NCBI RefSeq assembly: GCF_006345805.1
Contig: NC_043013.1
Location: 8,060,001 to 8,124,000, forward strand
Direction: 5' to 3'
DNA: 64,000 bases
Origin: Octopus sinensis
Taxonomy: Eukaryota
The notes below the pieces were generated by a model. It was not told where the DNA came from. It made no database searches and saw nothing but the letters and a program-made list of their open reading frames with translations. The translations under genes were made by a program, and so were the position numbers. Of this stretch, positions 26,825-40,668 are shown piece after piece; within the stretch, counting starts at the first letter, position 1, and every line of letters begins with the position of its first letter.

Positions 26825-26939
26825 TATATATATATATATATAACGGAAGGTTTACGAAAATAAACAAAAGACGAAGGCAGGTGGAGTACAAACAAACAAT
26901 TGTATTAGTATGGCGCTCAGGAATAGAAATAAAACAAGT

Positions 26940-26975
26940 CTTTTACGTTTCGAGCCTACGCTCTTCGACAGAAAG
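26940..26975 (-). ncRNA. Minimal hammerhead-like motif, same family as 22341
   Basis: CTTT-CTGTCGA-A-GAGC/GTAG/GCTC-GAAAC-GTA-AAAG. Confidence 0.55.
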
Positions 26976-27048
26976 AGACACAGAAAAGAAACATGGAGAG
27001 AAACAAGGAGAGAAAAAAATTACGTGTCGGAGCTAGCGATCCAACATA

Positions 27049-27478
27049 GGTGCAGGTGTAGCCATGTGGTAAGAAGTTTGCTTCCCAAACACACAGTTCC
27101 AGTTCCAGGTTCAATGCCACTGTGTGAATCCTTGGGTAAGTGTCTTCTACTATAAACCCAGGCCGACAAAAGCTTTGTGGGTAGCTTTGTCCGACAGGAA
27201 CTGAAAGAAGCCCTTCATGTGTATGTGTGTGGTGTGTGTGAGAGAGTGTGCATGTGTGTGTGTGTGTGTGCGTGCATGTGTGTGTGTGTGTGTGTGTATG
27301 TTTTTCTGCTTGTGTTGTCCGCCACTGCTTCTCGACAACTGGTGTTGGTTTGTTTATGGCTGTGTAACTTAGCATTTCACCAAAAGTGACCGATAGAATA
27401 AGTACCAGGTTTTAATAAATAAGTACTAAGGTCCTCCCAGCATGGCTTCAGTCCAATGAATGAAGCAGGTCAAGAATA
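27049..27478 (+). mobile_element. SINE family A, diverged copy
   Basis: Homology to family A. Confidence 0.75.
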
Positions 27479-28265
27479 ACCATGGAATTGCATCTAGAAA
27501 GTTCCCCTCTTAGGCACAAGTCCAGGCAAGGTTGTTTTATGGAAGACCAGCAGTCACCCATGTATACCAGCCTTCCGTCTCCATGCCTCCAATGTTATCC
27601 AAGGGAAAGGCCAAATCTTCTTCAAGAACACAACACACACCCTGGTCTGAGAATTGAACTCACTACCTCATGATTGTGAGCCCGACACTCTTACCACTGA
27701 GCTATGCACCTTCACTGTAAATATATACAGTTACATTATTCAAATTCCAAAGACTTAACAGTAATGCTATTGTGCTCTCAATTCAAGAATGAACTCGGTA
27801 TAAACAAAAGTGAAGAGTTAGTATGATTGTTAGAATCCTGTGTTAGATATAAAACCCCTAGTTAGATATAAAGGATCTGAGTTGATACTTTTTACATTAT
27901 GTGTTAGAGGAGGAGCAATGCCTATGTCCTTAGCAATTATCGGTTCTGGTTGAATTGTTACAAGTTGACAGCCAGAGGTAAATTATGAATAGGGAAGGAA
28001 TTACATGGGCCATATAATGTTGTGGATATATTTGGAAACAGGTCATGTATGTGAATGTATTTAGAAATATATTCTAGATATAAAAAAAAATGTACAGAAA
28101 TGAGGTGAAGTTTCTTGAAATAGCCCTATTTTTCTTTTGCTTTTTGTATTTGATTTGCAAGATTCTTGATCTGAACTTGTGTATTGAAACAAATTTTGTT
28201 GTACTTCTGGAGGATTGTTATACCAATGATAAACATGCACACTGTTTCACTTATTATAAATAGCC

Positions 28266-28304
<39 letters not shown>

Positions 28305-29374
28305 ATATCTGCTTTCCATGCTGGCATGGGTTGGATGTTCTGTGACCAGAGCTTGAAAGCAGGAGAGCTGCACCAAGCTCCCGTCTTATCTCACTTGGTT
28401 TCTATGGCTTGATGTCCTTCCTAATGCCAACTACTTTACAGAATGCACTGGGTGCTTTTTACATGGCACCAGCATAGGTGCTTTTATTTGAAGCTGGCAC
28501 CAACACAGGAGCTTTTTATATAGCACCAGCATGGGTGCTTTTACAAGGTATCAGCAGGAGGCTCTTGCTGGCCAGTCCTCTTCAACGGGGGGGGGGGGAA
28601 GCGGCATTAACAATTCTACTGTGGAGGATGGGTCTTCTTGAGTACAGCCAATTTGTTGTAAAATTTAACCAATTAACCAGTCTGTTGTTTCATTAATTGT
28701 TCAGCCAGTCAGTCAATCGGGTAGGTTTGTTGAAGTTCTTTGTAGCCATTTGTGACCTCTCTACTTCAAGTGTGCTTCAGGTATGTCTGCCAATAAATAT
28801 TAGAAGAATAATAAATTTGAAATGTTCTGAAGCCTGGTACTTATTCTATCAATGTCTTTTGCCAAAAGGGAAAAAAGAGAAAGAATTGTATAACGATTCT
28901 TTTCCTTTTCTCACCATGCTGTACCACTTGACCATTCTTTCTGATCATGGATTTACCTAAAGAAGACCCGATCCAACTGGTTTTTATTGAACCCTCCTGC
29001 CCTCCCAAAGAAAACAAACCACAACTAATATCATTGATGAGGAACATTCTTCCACTGTCTAACCTGTATTTCTCCAATTATGGAATACCTAACTTCTAGA
29101 GTCTTTGCTCGATACAATGCTCCAATTACTGGGATATCTCAGAAACAGCTGTCAGAGACTATCTTTACCATTTTGTATTATTTTTACAGTTCATTATGTA
29201 GCTAAATTTTAGATTGAATTAAATAAAATTAAATGTTCCTTGTCCTGCATTACCTTATTATTTTGTCTTTCCTCACTACTTTAACCTATATATATAGGTT
29301 AGCCTATATATAGATCGTTAGCCACTACACACATTTTTTCTCTCCTTGTTTCTCTCCTTGTTTTTTCTGTGTCC

Positions 29375-29410
29375 CTTTCTGTAGAAAAGCGTAGACTTGA
29401 AATGTAAAAG
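29375..29410 (+). ncRNA. Degenerate third copy of the minimal hammerhead-like motif
   Basis: CTTT-CTGTAGA-A-AAGC/GTAG/ACTT-GAAAT-GTA-AAAG in the same module (about 29310-29500). Confidence 0.4.
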
Positions 29411-29906
29411 ACTTTTTCTATTTCTGAGCGTTATACTAATACATCTGTTTGTTTTGTACACCACCTGTCTTTGTCTTTTGTTTTGCTCGTAAACTCCCCC
29501 TATATATATATATATAATATATATGGCTCAAAAATATATGAAATTATACAAATAACAGGGACAAGTGAAAGGACAACAAACAGGTTGTATTAATTTGATG
29601 CTCTGGAAAACTGGAAGTAAAAAATGAGCAGAGAAAACAGATAAGGAAAATATATATATATATTATTTTATTTATTAGGGAATAAAAATTCCGGCATCAC
29701 AGGGGTTCAAATTATTCTCAATGAGGAAAAATATATGTTTTAGAGATAGTAGTCCCCTTCATCCCACCATATAAAAGAATTTTAATTTAATTTAATACTT
29801 ACTACCCATTTCTTGGCTGAGAAATGAGTAGTAAGTATTAAATTAAATTAAAATTCTTTTATATGGTGTGATGAAGGGGACTACTATCTCTAAATAACAC
29901 ACACAT

Positions 29907-29947
<41 letters not shown>

Positions 29948-30905
29948 GTACAGGCTTTCACACAGTTTCCATTTACCAGGTTCACTCACAAGGCATTGGT
30001 CAGCCCAGGACTGTAGTAGAAGGCACTTACCCAAGGCGTCATGCTGTAGGACTGAACCTGAATCCATGTGGCTGCAAAGCAAACCACTTAACCTCACAGC
30101 TATGTCAGTCCCTGTTTTATTTTTGATTCCCCCCACCCCACCCCCCACAAATATTCTTTTGAATGCTGGAGATTCTCTGCCATTGTTTGTTACATCATGT
30201 TAAATATATTTAGCCTTTTTGATCTTATTAAACTCTTGTCTTAGGACAGACATAAATGTTTCTTCTGGAAATGTTTTCATTTTTCAACACATCATTTGAA
30301 GCTTTCAGTTCACTCATCAAGCTGTTATCAAAGTGCCAAAATCACAACACAGCAACAATGGTTATTTTCAGCCTAGATTGGTTGAATAGGATTTCCTGCT
30401 TAGTCTGTATGGAGAATGCTCACAGCCATTGCAATAATAGGAGGTGAAAGAAACGAATTTACATGCAGGATGGGAGAGGCAGCAGTAAAAGAGCCTCTCA
30501 CTCAAGATTGCAGCTGTTTTGGTTTCAGTACTTTTTGGCACTGGAGGCAAACAGACACACACACACACACCACACACATAGAGTGGGATGGTGAAAGAGA
30601 GAGAGTGGAAGATAGATAAATAGAGAGAGAGAGAGAGATTACAATTTATTAATTTTCATATGCTTACTTTCAAGAATATGCAGAGAGAGAGAGTGAGAGA
30701 CAGAGACAGAGAGACAGACAAACAGACAGACAGATTGAGAAAGCAGGACACAGGGAGAGATAGAGAGAGAGGGAGAGAATGAGAGAAGCATTAAAAAGAG
30801 ATATAAAAACATTAAAACATCTAATGTCAAGTAAGTCAGTGTTCATTCAATGATGCCATAAAGGTGGCGCCAAAATGGCTCTGCTAAAATGTCTCATGCC
30901 CTTAC

Positions 30906-30973
30906 AAAGTCATCATACGATAAGATTCTGATGCTATATATTGGCAATATGCTGTACTGTGGCACAGAGTTTT
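30906..30973 (-). CDS. Weak candidate exon
   Basis: TTTCAG acceptor and GTAAGG donor; phase 1-to-0 frame NSVPQYSILPIYSIRILSYDDF is phase-compatible with 25682; a second frame is also open. Confidence 0.2.
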
Positions 30974-31543
30974 CTGAAACCCTTTACTAAATTGAGAAAA
31001 CATTATGCTTAAAATAAGAATAGAAACATCGTACAAAAAATACAAAAGAAACCAAAACAAAACAAAAAATAAGCAATTGCAACGAGGAGATTTTTTTTTA
31101 CATCCTGTGCAGATTTAAAATGGCTGAAAATAAAATAAAATAAGAAATAAAATATGATGTGGGGGGGAAATAAAACTGAGATAAATGCAAAAGCTCCTTG
31201 TTATTAATAATTTAAAAGTAGTATCAAGAAATATCGAAGGGAAGTGAGTTTGCATAAAACATGTAATAATAAAAGCCATTCTGTATGGTTATAAGGAAAT
31301 GAAAATGTTGTTCATTTTTTTTGATTTTTTTTTTTTGTTTTTTTTTTTCCTTCATATTGTTAAATATCTTCTTTTTTTTTTTTGTTGATAAACGTGAAAT
31401 ATCTCTTCAGAAATATTCATAATCTTTACTGGTGACTGAACACTGAGTGTCTTATCTTAATAGTCACATTATTTTCATCAATAGTGTTTGCTGATTACAC
31501 CAAAGTATGTATATATATATCATATATCATATATATATGTATA

Positions 31544-31602
<59 letters not shown>

Positions 31603-31681
31603 ATAATATATATATATATTATATATTTGTATGTATATATTATATAGATTATATATATATATATATATATATAAAAAATGA

Positions 31682-31746
<65 letters not shown>

Positions 31747-32239
31747 ATATATACACACGCACACATACATACATGTTGGAAACATCTCGTTTATTCACCT
31801 GTACTTGTACCCATATAAATACATATGCAAGCACAGCATGCGCATGCACAGGTACCCATACAAACACACATTCAGGCATACACATATTTACGCATAAACT
31901 TGAACGTATGTAAACAGAAAACCCATACGTGTTATTTCCGATTCATACATACATACATACATACATGCATGCATACATACTTATATACATACATACATAC
32001 ATACATATGTATGTACATACATCTGTGTTTTTATTTGTGTGTGTGTGTGTATAAAATGAATGCATATATGTAAATATATAGATATGTATACATGTGTTGT
32101 TTATATGAGTGTGTGTGTGTATATATATATATATATTATATATTTGTATGTTTATATTATATAGATTATATATATTTATCAAATATATGATATGTGTGTA
32201 TATATATATATATATTATATATATATATGTTTACTCCGG

Positions 32240-32270
<31 letters not shown>

Positions 32271-32501
32271 GCCGGTGGCACGTAAAAGCACCATCTGTCC
32301 GTGGCCGTTTGCCAGCTCCGTCTGGCACCTGTGCGGGTGGCACGTAAAAAGCACCCACTACACTCACGGAGTGGTTGGCATTAGGAAGGGCATCCAGCCG
32401 TAGAAACACTGCCAGATCAGACTGGGCCTGATGCAGCCTTCTGGCTTCACAGACCCCAGTTGAACCGTCCAACCCATGCTAGCATGGAAAGCGGACGCTA
32501 A

Positions 32502-32545
<44 letters not shown>

Positions 32546-32565
32546 ATATATATATAAACAATTGT

Positions 32566-32853
32566 AGCATGGAAGGTGTTCATAAGCCATTTAAGAACAC
32601 ACAAAAAAACCGTTAGATTCACTTCAAGATTTAAATTTAATTTGTGTCAAAATATTTTTGTCACTTTGAAACCACAACCCGTTCACTGGCAAAACCTCAC
32701 GACAAAACTTCATGTTGCACAAAGTTTTGCCAGTGAACAGGTTGCGGTTTCAAAGCGACAAAAATATTTTGACACAAATTAAATTTAAATGTTAAAGTGA
32801 ACCTAAGAGTTTTTTTGTTTGTTCTTAAATGGCTTATAAAGATCTTCCATGCT
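32566..32853. mobile_element. Fold-back element/MITE with arms of about 130 bp
   Basis: AGCATGGAAG...CATAAGCCATTTAAGAAC is mirrored by GTTCTTAAATGGCTTAT...CTTCCATGCT. Confidence 0.8.
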
Positions 32854-32927
32854 GCTATTGTTTTTGTTTCAGCACTCGATCTTAGACCAAGTCACTTGCT
32901 ATGCCAGTACATCTCCGCAATATTTAT

Positions 32928-32983
<56 letters not shown>

Positions 32984-34039
32984 CACTCATAGATATGTAT
33001 ATGTATATTTATATACATGATGTATATATGTGTGTGTGTATATATATATGTGTGTGTGTGTATGTATATATATATATGTATTATATGTATATATACATAT
33101 ATATGTATATGCATATATATATATATATATATATAAATTATAGGGTGAGAGAATTAGATCTAATATAGAGATAGATATAATTTAGATAATATATATCTCT
33201 TATATATATATATATATATCTATATATATATATATCCACACACGTATGTTTCCACGCAAATATACAAGCCATATGCATACATGCATACATATGTGTGTGT
33301 GTTTCCTGTGTGAATACACACATGTATATACACTCATACACACACGCATATGTATATATGTAAACAAACAAACAAAGAAGATATACACATTCAAACAAAT
33401 ATATCAACACATGGTAAACAGATGTTAAAATAATGGCCTGCTTCCTCTGGGTTTGTTGACCACTATCTCTCTAACAACTCTCTCTCTTTCCTTTTCTCTG
33501 TCTCTCTTTCTCTTGCACTCTCTCCCTCTCTCTCTCTTTTGTGCTCTCTTCTCTCTCTCTCAGTGTCTCCTCAGCCTACACCTTCACATCCTAGCTAGTA
33601 CACTTATGATGATGGAATCATTAGATATTGGGTAGGTGGTGGGCTGAAGGAAGTGGGGTAGAAACTCTGTTGCCTATAGAAAGAGCTGTTGAAAGGTACC
33701 CCCTAAACCAATACCCACAAGTGCAGTGATATTCATAAGCCAGACATTGGCAAACAACACATCCAAGCTCTTTTCTTGAAGTTTAATTTTTTTTGTTTTT
33801 GGATATCCCTGGCTGTGTGGTAAAGAAGCTTGCTTTCCAACCACATGATTTTGGGTTCAGTCCCACTGCATGGCATCTTGTGCAAGTGTTCTTCACTTTA
33901 GTCTTGGGCCAACCAAAGCCTTGTGAGTGATTTCCATAGATGGAAACTGAAAGAAGCCTGTTATATATTTTATTTTATTTATTATATTTCATCTAGTTTC
34001 AGCTCACAAGCTGTGGCCATGCTGGGGCACTGTCATTTG

Positions 34040-34607
34040 TTGTTGCTACATATTTTTACTTCACGAATGCTTTTTAGCAATTAACATTTGGTGCATGAGA
34101 GAGTTTGATGCAGCTGCCCTCATCTGCACCTCCTGCCGCAAAGTTGGTGCAGTCTTTTGTTGTATTAGTGTTTGTATTGTGTGTTGTGTGTGTAATGCAA
34201 GTTGTGTTCTTCTGTTGGATTACCGGGCTGCTGGTGGTTGTTTATTTTATTGTATATTTGGTACATAGAGTGTATCTCATGTTTGTGGATTGTTTTGTAT
34301 TATTGAACTGGTAGTGTTTTATGTAGGATGTTGGCTGTTCCTAGCAGGGCTATTTTTTGGATTGTCTTTTGTGTTGGGGGTGGGGTGGGGGTGGGTGGGG
34401 GGCAGGTATAGCTTCTAAGTTTTTGTTCATAATGGTTTTGTTTTTAATCATGATCAGTGCTTCAGTTATTACTGGTGGTGTTTTCATCTTGATGCCCTAC
34501 ATCTTGAATACTTCAATTTTGAGGTCATTGTCCTTCGACAATTTCTCCACTTCTTTTTGGGCAATATATTGGTCAGTAGGGACTGCAATGTCTATTAGTA
34601 GGCAGAA

Positions 34608-34610
<3 letters not shown>
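34040..34610 (-). mobile_element. R4/Dong-like 3' fragment
   Basis: CLLIDIAVPTDQYIAQKEVEKLSKDNDLKIEV endonuclease segment directly after (TAA)n. Confidence 0.75.
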
Positions 34611-34642
<32 letters not shown>

Positions 34643-36225
34643 GGCGATGGGCAGGCAGAATTGTTATCATGCCAGGCAAAATACTTAGCGGCATTTCGTC
34701 CATCTCCAGGTTCTGGGTCCAAATTCAGCCGAGGATGAGTTTGCCTTTCATCATTTTTGGGTTGATTAAACAAGTACCAGTGGAACATTGGGGTTGATGT
34801 AATTGACTTATTCTCTTCACAGAATTGCTGACCTTGTGCCAAAATTTGAAACCATTATTATTATCATCATCATCATCATCATCATCATTATAGACGTCAC
34901 ATCATCATCATCATCATCGTTTAACGTCCGTTCGCCATGCTAGCATGGGTTGGACGGTTCAACCGGGGATCTGGGAAGCCAGAAAGCTGCACCAGGCTCC
35001 GGTCTTATCTGGCAATGTTTCTACAGCTGGATGCCCTTCCTAACGCCAACCACTCGATGAGTGTAGTGGGTGCTTTTTACGTGCCACTTGCACTGGTGCC
35101 AGGCAAGGCTGGCATCGACCACAGTCGGATTGGTGCATTTTACGTGCCACCTGCACGGAAGCCAGTCGAGGCGGCACTGGCTTCGGCCACGATTCGGATG
35201 GTGCTTTTTACGTGCCACCAACACGGAAGCCAGTCGAGGCGGCGCTGGCATCTAATATCATGAGGTTATTGATTGAAGATATTGTGTCTACTGGGGGGGG
35301 GGGTGTACTGTTTGTCAAATCACAACAAGGACCTCAGACACACAGTACTTTATGCAATATGTGTGCAGTTCCAAGTAATGCTGACTTTTGCAATACATCT
35401 AGATTGTAGGGTATCTCTAAGGTTTTCAGATATTTTTTTCAGATTGGGTAATATTGAGCCCAATGCTCCAATGATCCGATGACAATATTATCATTATTGT
35501 TATTGTTATTGTTATTATTGTTGCTGAGTATCAGTAGTCATATTTATGATGCACTTTTAAAAGATGGAGGTTAAATTTTTTTTGTTTTGGAAAACTGAAA
35601 TAATGTGAAACTGAATTTTTTTTTTTATTATTTGTATTTTGAATCTACTTCATACTTATTTACATTATTTTCTTTGCAAATTGCTTTTTTTTCGAAATAG
35701 ATTTAAGGGTAATGTTTCTCATTGATCATATCTAGAGTAGAATTCAATCGATTCTGTGTACATTTGTGTATGTATGTGGGTGTATGTATTTATGTTTGTG
35801 TTTACATATGTATGTGTGTGTAAGGATATATGTATGTCTGCATGTATTTAAGGGTGTATGTGTGCCTGCATGTATGCTGTGTGTGTGTGTATGAAAGTAC
35901 ATGTATTTGTGTGTATACATATGTATGTATGCATATATGTATGTATGTGTGTATGTATGCATGCGTGTGTATACGTATGTATGTGTGTGTCTATGTGTGT
36001 GTATATGCGTATGTATGTGTGTAGATATGCGTATATACCTGTATGTACATTGTGTGTGTGTGTGTGTGAGAATGTTTGTGTGTGTACATATGTGTGTTGC
36101 TTCTACATTCACATGTGTCAGTATATATGTAATTATCTATCTATCTATCTATCTATCTACCTATCTATCTATCTATCTATCTATCTATATATATTATATA
36201 TATATATTATATATATATATATATA

Positions 36226-36304
<79 letters not shown>

Positions 36305-36349
36305 TATATATACATATATGTATATCACACACACACACACATTCTTATA

Positions 36350-36749
36350 CAGGGTCATCCCATAAATAATGCGGTTTTTTATACTTTTATTTTTCAAGAT
36401 TAAGATAAACAAAGTTCATTTTCAATCTAAAATATACTCTCCTTCATTTTCTACAATGCTCTTCCATCTATTTGTTAGACCTTCAAGGTTTCTATTCCAA
36501 AATTCACTTGTCTGTAATGAAAACTACTCCTCCAGTACTGATCTCACCTCATCTACAGAATTCATATTTTTTTTGTCCAAATGGCGCAGGAGTGGCTGTG
36601 TGGTAAGTAGCTTGCTTACCTACCACATGGTTCCGGGTTCATTCCCACTGCATGGAACCTTGGGCAAGTGTCTTCTACTATAGCCTCGGCCGACCAAAGC
36701 CTTGTGAGTGGATTTGGTAGACGGAAACTGAAAGAAGCCCATCATATAC

Positions 36750-36829
<80 letters not shown>

Positions 36830-37452
36830 GTGTTTGTGTGTCTGTTTGTCCCCCCAACATCGCTTGACAACCAATGCTGGTGTGTTTACGTCCCCGTAAC
36901 TTAGCGGTTCAGCAAAAGAGATCAATAGAATAAGTACTAGGCTTAGAAGAATAAGTCCTGGGGTCAATTTGCTCGACTAAAGGCGGTGCTCCAGCATGGT
37001 CGCAGTCAAATGACTGAAACAAGTAAAAGAGTAAAGAGTAAATGATTTTGAAGACTGTAGAATAAATGATAATCAGATGGGGCAATGTCCAGCGATTATG
37101 ATGGGTGGGGCATCGTTTCCCATTCAAACCGCTCCAGCCTTTGGAATGTCATCCTCGCTGTACGTCGCCAAGCATTATCCTGATGGAAGAACATCTTTTG
37201 TCTTGAAATCTAAAATGGTCGTTTTTCTTCAAGCACCGATTTAAGCTGCTCAAGCTGTTTGAAGTAGATCTCATTTGTTATTTTTGTTTGGGTTTAAAAG
37301 TTCAAAGTAAACTAAATCTTTCCTCTCCCACAAAACAGATAACAACTTCTTTAGCTTGGGGTATCAGTGTTTCTCCTTTCCCTAACCAACTGTCTCCAGC
37401 TCTTGACATTTTTATAGAGAACCCATTCCTCATCACCAGTCACTGTTCGGTC
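36350..37452 (-). mobile_element. Second decayed mariner copy, interrupted by SINE A (36584-37039)
   Basis: Colinear with 2293-3100; TA before the TIR; SINE flanked by AAATG duplication. Confidence 0.85.
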
Positions 37453-37549
37453 CAACCACATGGTTCCAGGTTCAGTCCCACTATGTGACACCTTGGACAA
37501 GTGTCTTGTGAGTGGATTTGATAGACAGAAACTGAAAGAAGCCCATCAT

Positions 37550-37583
<34 letters not shown>

Positions 37584-37811
37584 TCCCTCTATCACCACTT
37601 GACAACCGGTGTTGGTGTGTTTACGTCCTCGTAACTTAGCAGTAGTGCAAAAGAGCCTGACAGTTTAAAGATAGGTACTAGGATCAATTTATTTGACTAA
37701 AAATCAAGGCGGTGCACCAGCATGGCTGCAGTCTAATGAATGAAACCGGTAAAAGATAGAAGATATATATATATATATATATACACATACATGCATATAT
37801 ATATCACCATC

Positions 37812-38073
37812 ACCGTCACCGTGACCGACCAGGCTTCGCATTGTTTTAGCCTTCAAATGACGCCACCCCGCTGGCTAAACGGGAAGGCCAACAGAAGAAA
37901 GAGTGAGAGAAAGTTGTGGCGAAAGAGTACAGTAGGGATCGCCACCAGCCCCTACCGGAGCCTCGTGGAGCTTTAGGTGTTTTCGCTCAATAAACACTCA
38001 CAACGCCCAGTCTGGGAATCGAAACCGTGATCTTACGACTGCAAGTCCGCTGCCCTAACCACTGGGCCATTGC
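37812..38073 (-). mobile_element. SINE family C, short-tail variant
   Basis: Same tRNA-like head as 42164, different 3' tail. Confidence 0.75.
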
Positions 38074-38086
38074 ACCACCACGCATG

Positions 38087-38475
38087 GATGGAAGCACTCC
38101 GTCGGTTACGACGACGAGGGTTCCGGTTGATCCGAATCAACGGAACAGCCTGCTCGTGAAATTAACGTATAAGTGGCTGAGCACTCCAGAGACACGTGTA
38201 CCCTCAACGTAGTTCTCGGGGATATTCAGCGTGACACAGAGAGTGACAAGGCCGGCCCTTTGAAATACAGGTACAACAGAAACAGGAAGTAAGAGTGAGA
38301 GAAAGTTGTGGTGAAAGAGTACAGCAGGGATCACCACCATCTCCTGCCGGAGCCTCGTGGAACTTTTAGGTGTTTTCGCTCAATAAACACACACAACGCC
38401 CGCTCCGGGAATCAAAACCGCGATCCTATGACCGCGAGTCCGCTGCCCTAACCACTGGGCCATTGTGCCTCCACT
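38087..38475 (-). mobile_element. SINE family C, full length
   Basis: 13-bp TSD ACCACCACGCATG (38074-38086, 38476-38488). Confidence 0.85.
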
Positions 38476-38720
38476 ACCACCACGCATGTATATATATATA
38501 TAGTCATAAATGACAGAGAAATAGTTTGATGAAATTTTATCTAACAAGAAAATTCACCAAGGTATTTCTCTCTCATGTATAACTTTATATACTCCTTATC
38601 GTTTTCTAGTGTACCATACTATGTACTCCACATGTTTTGTAGAGTGATACATTAAGGGGCATTTTTTTATGAGTACTATTGGATTACTTGAATCCCTATA
38701 TTGTGACTTAAATCTATCTC

Positions 38721-38782
<62 letters not shown>

Positions 38783-38995
38783 CGTCAGTCTGTCTGGCAG
38801 TGCTCCAGCATGGCTGCAGTGAAATAACTGAAACAAGTAAGAGAATAAAAAGACAAAAGCATATATATATATAAGTCTTGGCACCTTGGGCAAGTGTCTT
38901 CTACTATAGCCTCGGGCTGACAAAAGCCTAGTGAGTGGATTTGGTAGACGGAAACTGAAAGAAGCCTGTCGTATATATGTGTGTATATATATATA

Positions 38996-39028
<33 letters not shown>

Positions 39029-39589
39029 AGTGTGTTTGTGTCTGTGTTTGTCACCCTAACATCGCTTGATAACCGATGCTGGTGTGTTTACATCCCCGTA
39101 ACTTAGCAGTTCGGCAAAAGAGACCAATAGAATAAGTACTAGGCTTACAAAGAATAAGTCCTGGAGTTGATGTGCTCGACTAAAGGCGGTGCTCCAGCAT
39201 GGCCGCAGTCAAATGACTGAAACAAGTAAAAGAGTAAAAGAGTGAGTAAAGAGTATATATATATATATATATAGGGCTTCCACACAGTTTTCGTCTATAA
39301 AATTCATTCACTAGACACTGGTTGGCCTGGGGCTATTGTAGAAGACACTTACCCTCAGTGCTGTGCAGTGGAACTGAACTTGAAACCGTGCAGTTGCTAA
39401 GTGAACCTCTTAACCCCCACACCCATTTCCGAAAAGTTTTCCTCCTCGCAAAGCTCGAATATTCTTGTTTTGTTTTCTCTTTCTTTTTCTTTTTTTTTCT
39501 TGTTTGCCTGTGTTTTTGTTCTAATCACCTCTGACCTTAACCCTCCACTCTTTGTTCCTTCCCAAGATAGTCCGTCAACACAGCATTAA

Positions 39590-39790
39590 TTGCGTGGAAA
39601 TTTCCAACTGTTAGAAAATTTTTTTGAATTTCCAGTTATTAGATATTTCCAATTGTTAGAGGTGTTTTGGAACTCAATGGAGCAGACTTCCTTTTGTGTC
39701 CAGTCAAGTATCTCAACTATTGTCGTTACCAGTACTGCTGTTGCAAGTATATTATTATAGACCTCTCATTTGTTAGGAGAAGAGGACAGC
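39590..39790 (-). mobile_element. Old R4/Dong-like RT-thumb fragment
   Basis: NILATAVLVTTIVEILDWTQKEVCSI resembles the recalled AINT.AVPVL.Y..GI.DWTQ.EL..ID pattern. Confidence 0.45.
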
Positions 39791-40054
39791 GCCCACACGA
39801 CTATACTTTTCTAAACTTAGAGCTCTATTCTTTAGTCTTTCTCTCTTTGTTCGCAGTGTTATTGTTTGATATATTTCTAGTGATATGAAAATACTTGTAT
39901 TTATTGCTTAGAACTGGAAAACAAGAATCAGAAAGATGCAGTTATTCTGGCTATATTCCACAGTGAAATCACAAGAAGATATGAAGCATAGGAAATAATA
40001 TATTTTTATACATGATCTTTTCTCTATGTCTCTCTCTCTCTCCTCCTCTTTCTT

Positions 40055-40090
<36 letters not shown>

Positions 40091-40320
40091 TATCTATCTA
40101 TCTATCTATTCTTTAAATTTCCCAAATAAAGGAAGATACCGATTCCAATTAAGAAACAAAGTTTCCGCAATGGACATTTAGTCAACTGCACCTACACAGA
40201 ATCATATGCTGAACTTTTGCAGAGTTATCCAACCACATAAGTTATTAGCTGTCAGGACCCAGCATCCTTCAAAAATTTCATGCATCCCAAAATTTGTTAG
40301 GACTCTGCCTCCTGACTTAC

Positions 40321-40424
40321 CTATACATGCGTTCCTCTTTTATGGCTCTTTCATTGTTCACTATTCTGCCCTTTTTGTATTGTACCATGTATGCCATTTG
40401 GCTTTCATTGCTGTCTTTCTTTAC
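40321..40424 (-). CDS. Weak candidate exon
   Basis: Open frame VKKDSNESQMAYMVQYKKGRIVNNERAIKEERMY with a strong AG|GTAAGT donor, in phase with 47277-47173; acceptor is purine-rich and poor. Confidence 0.25.
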
Positions 40425-40500
40425 CTGACATAATACTACTTTCTGTTCCCTCTTTTACTCTTTTCCAATAGGTTGTAGTGTGATATTTATATATATATAT

Positions 40501-40668
40501 ATATACTTTATTTAAAGCAGCAGAAAATTCAACAAAACCTGTTACTCTGAGTTTCCCGTTGCCGTTCATCGAACAGTTTTTGCTAGAAAAAACTGTCCAA
40601 TGAACGGCAACGGGAAACTCAGAGTAACAGGTTTTGTTGAATTTTCTGCAGCTTTAAATAAAGCATAT
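40501..40668. repeat. Near-perfect palindrome (arms of about 80 bp) in a (TA)n-flanked module
   Basis: TTTATTTAAAGCAGCAGAAAATTCAACAAAACCTGTTACTCTGAGTTTCCCGTTGCCGTTCAT and its mirror. Confidence 0.9.
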
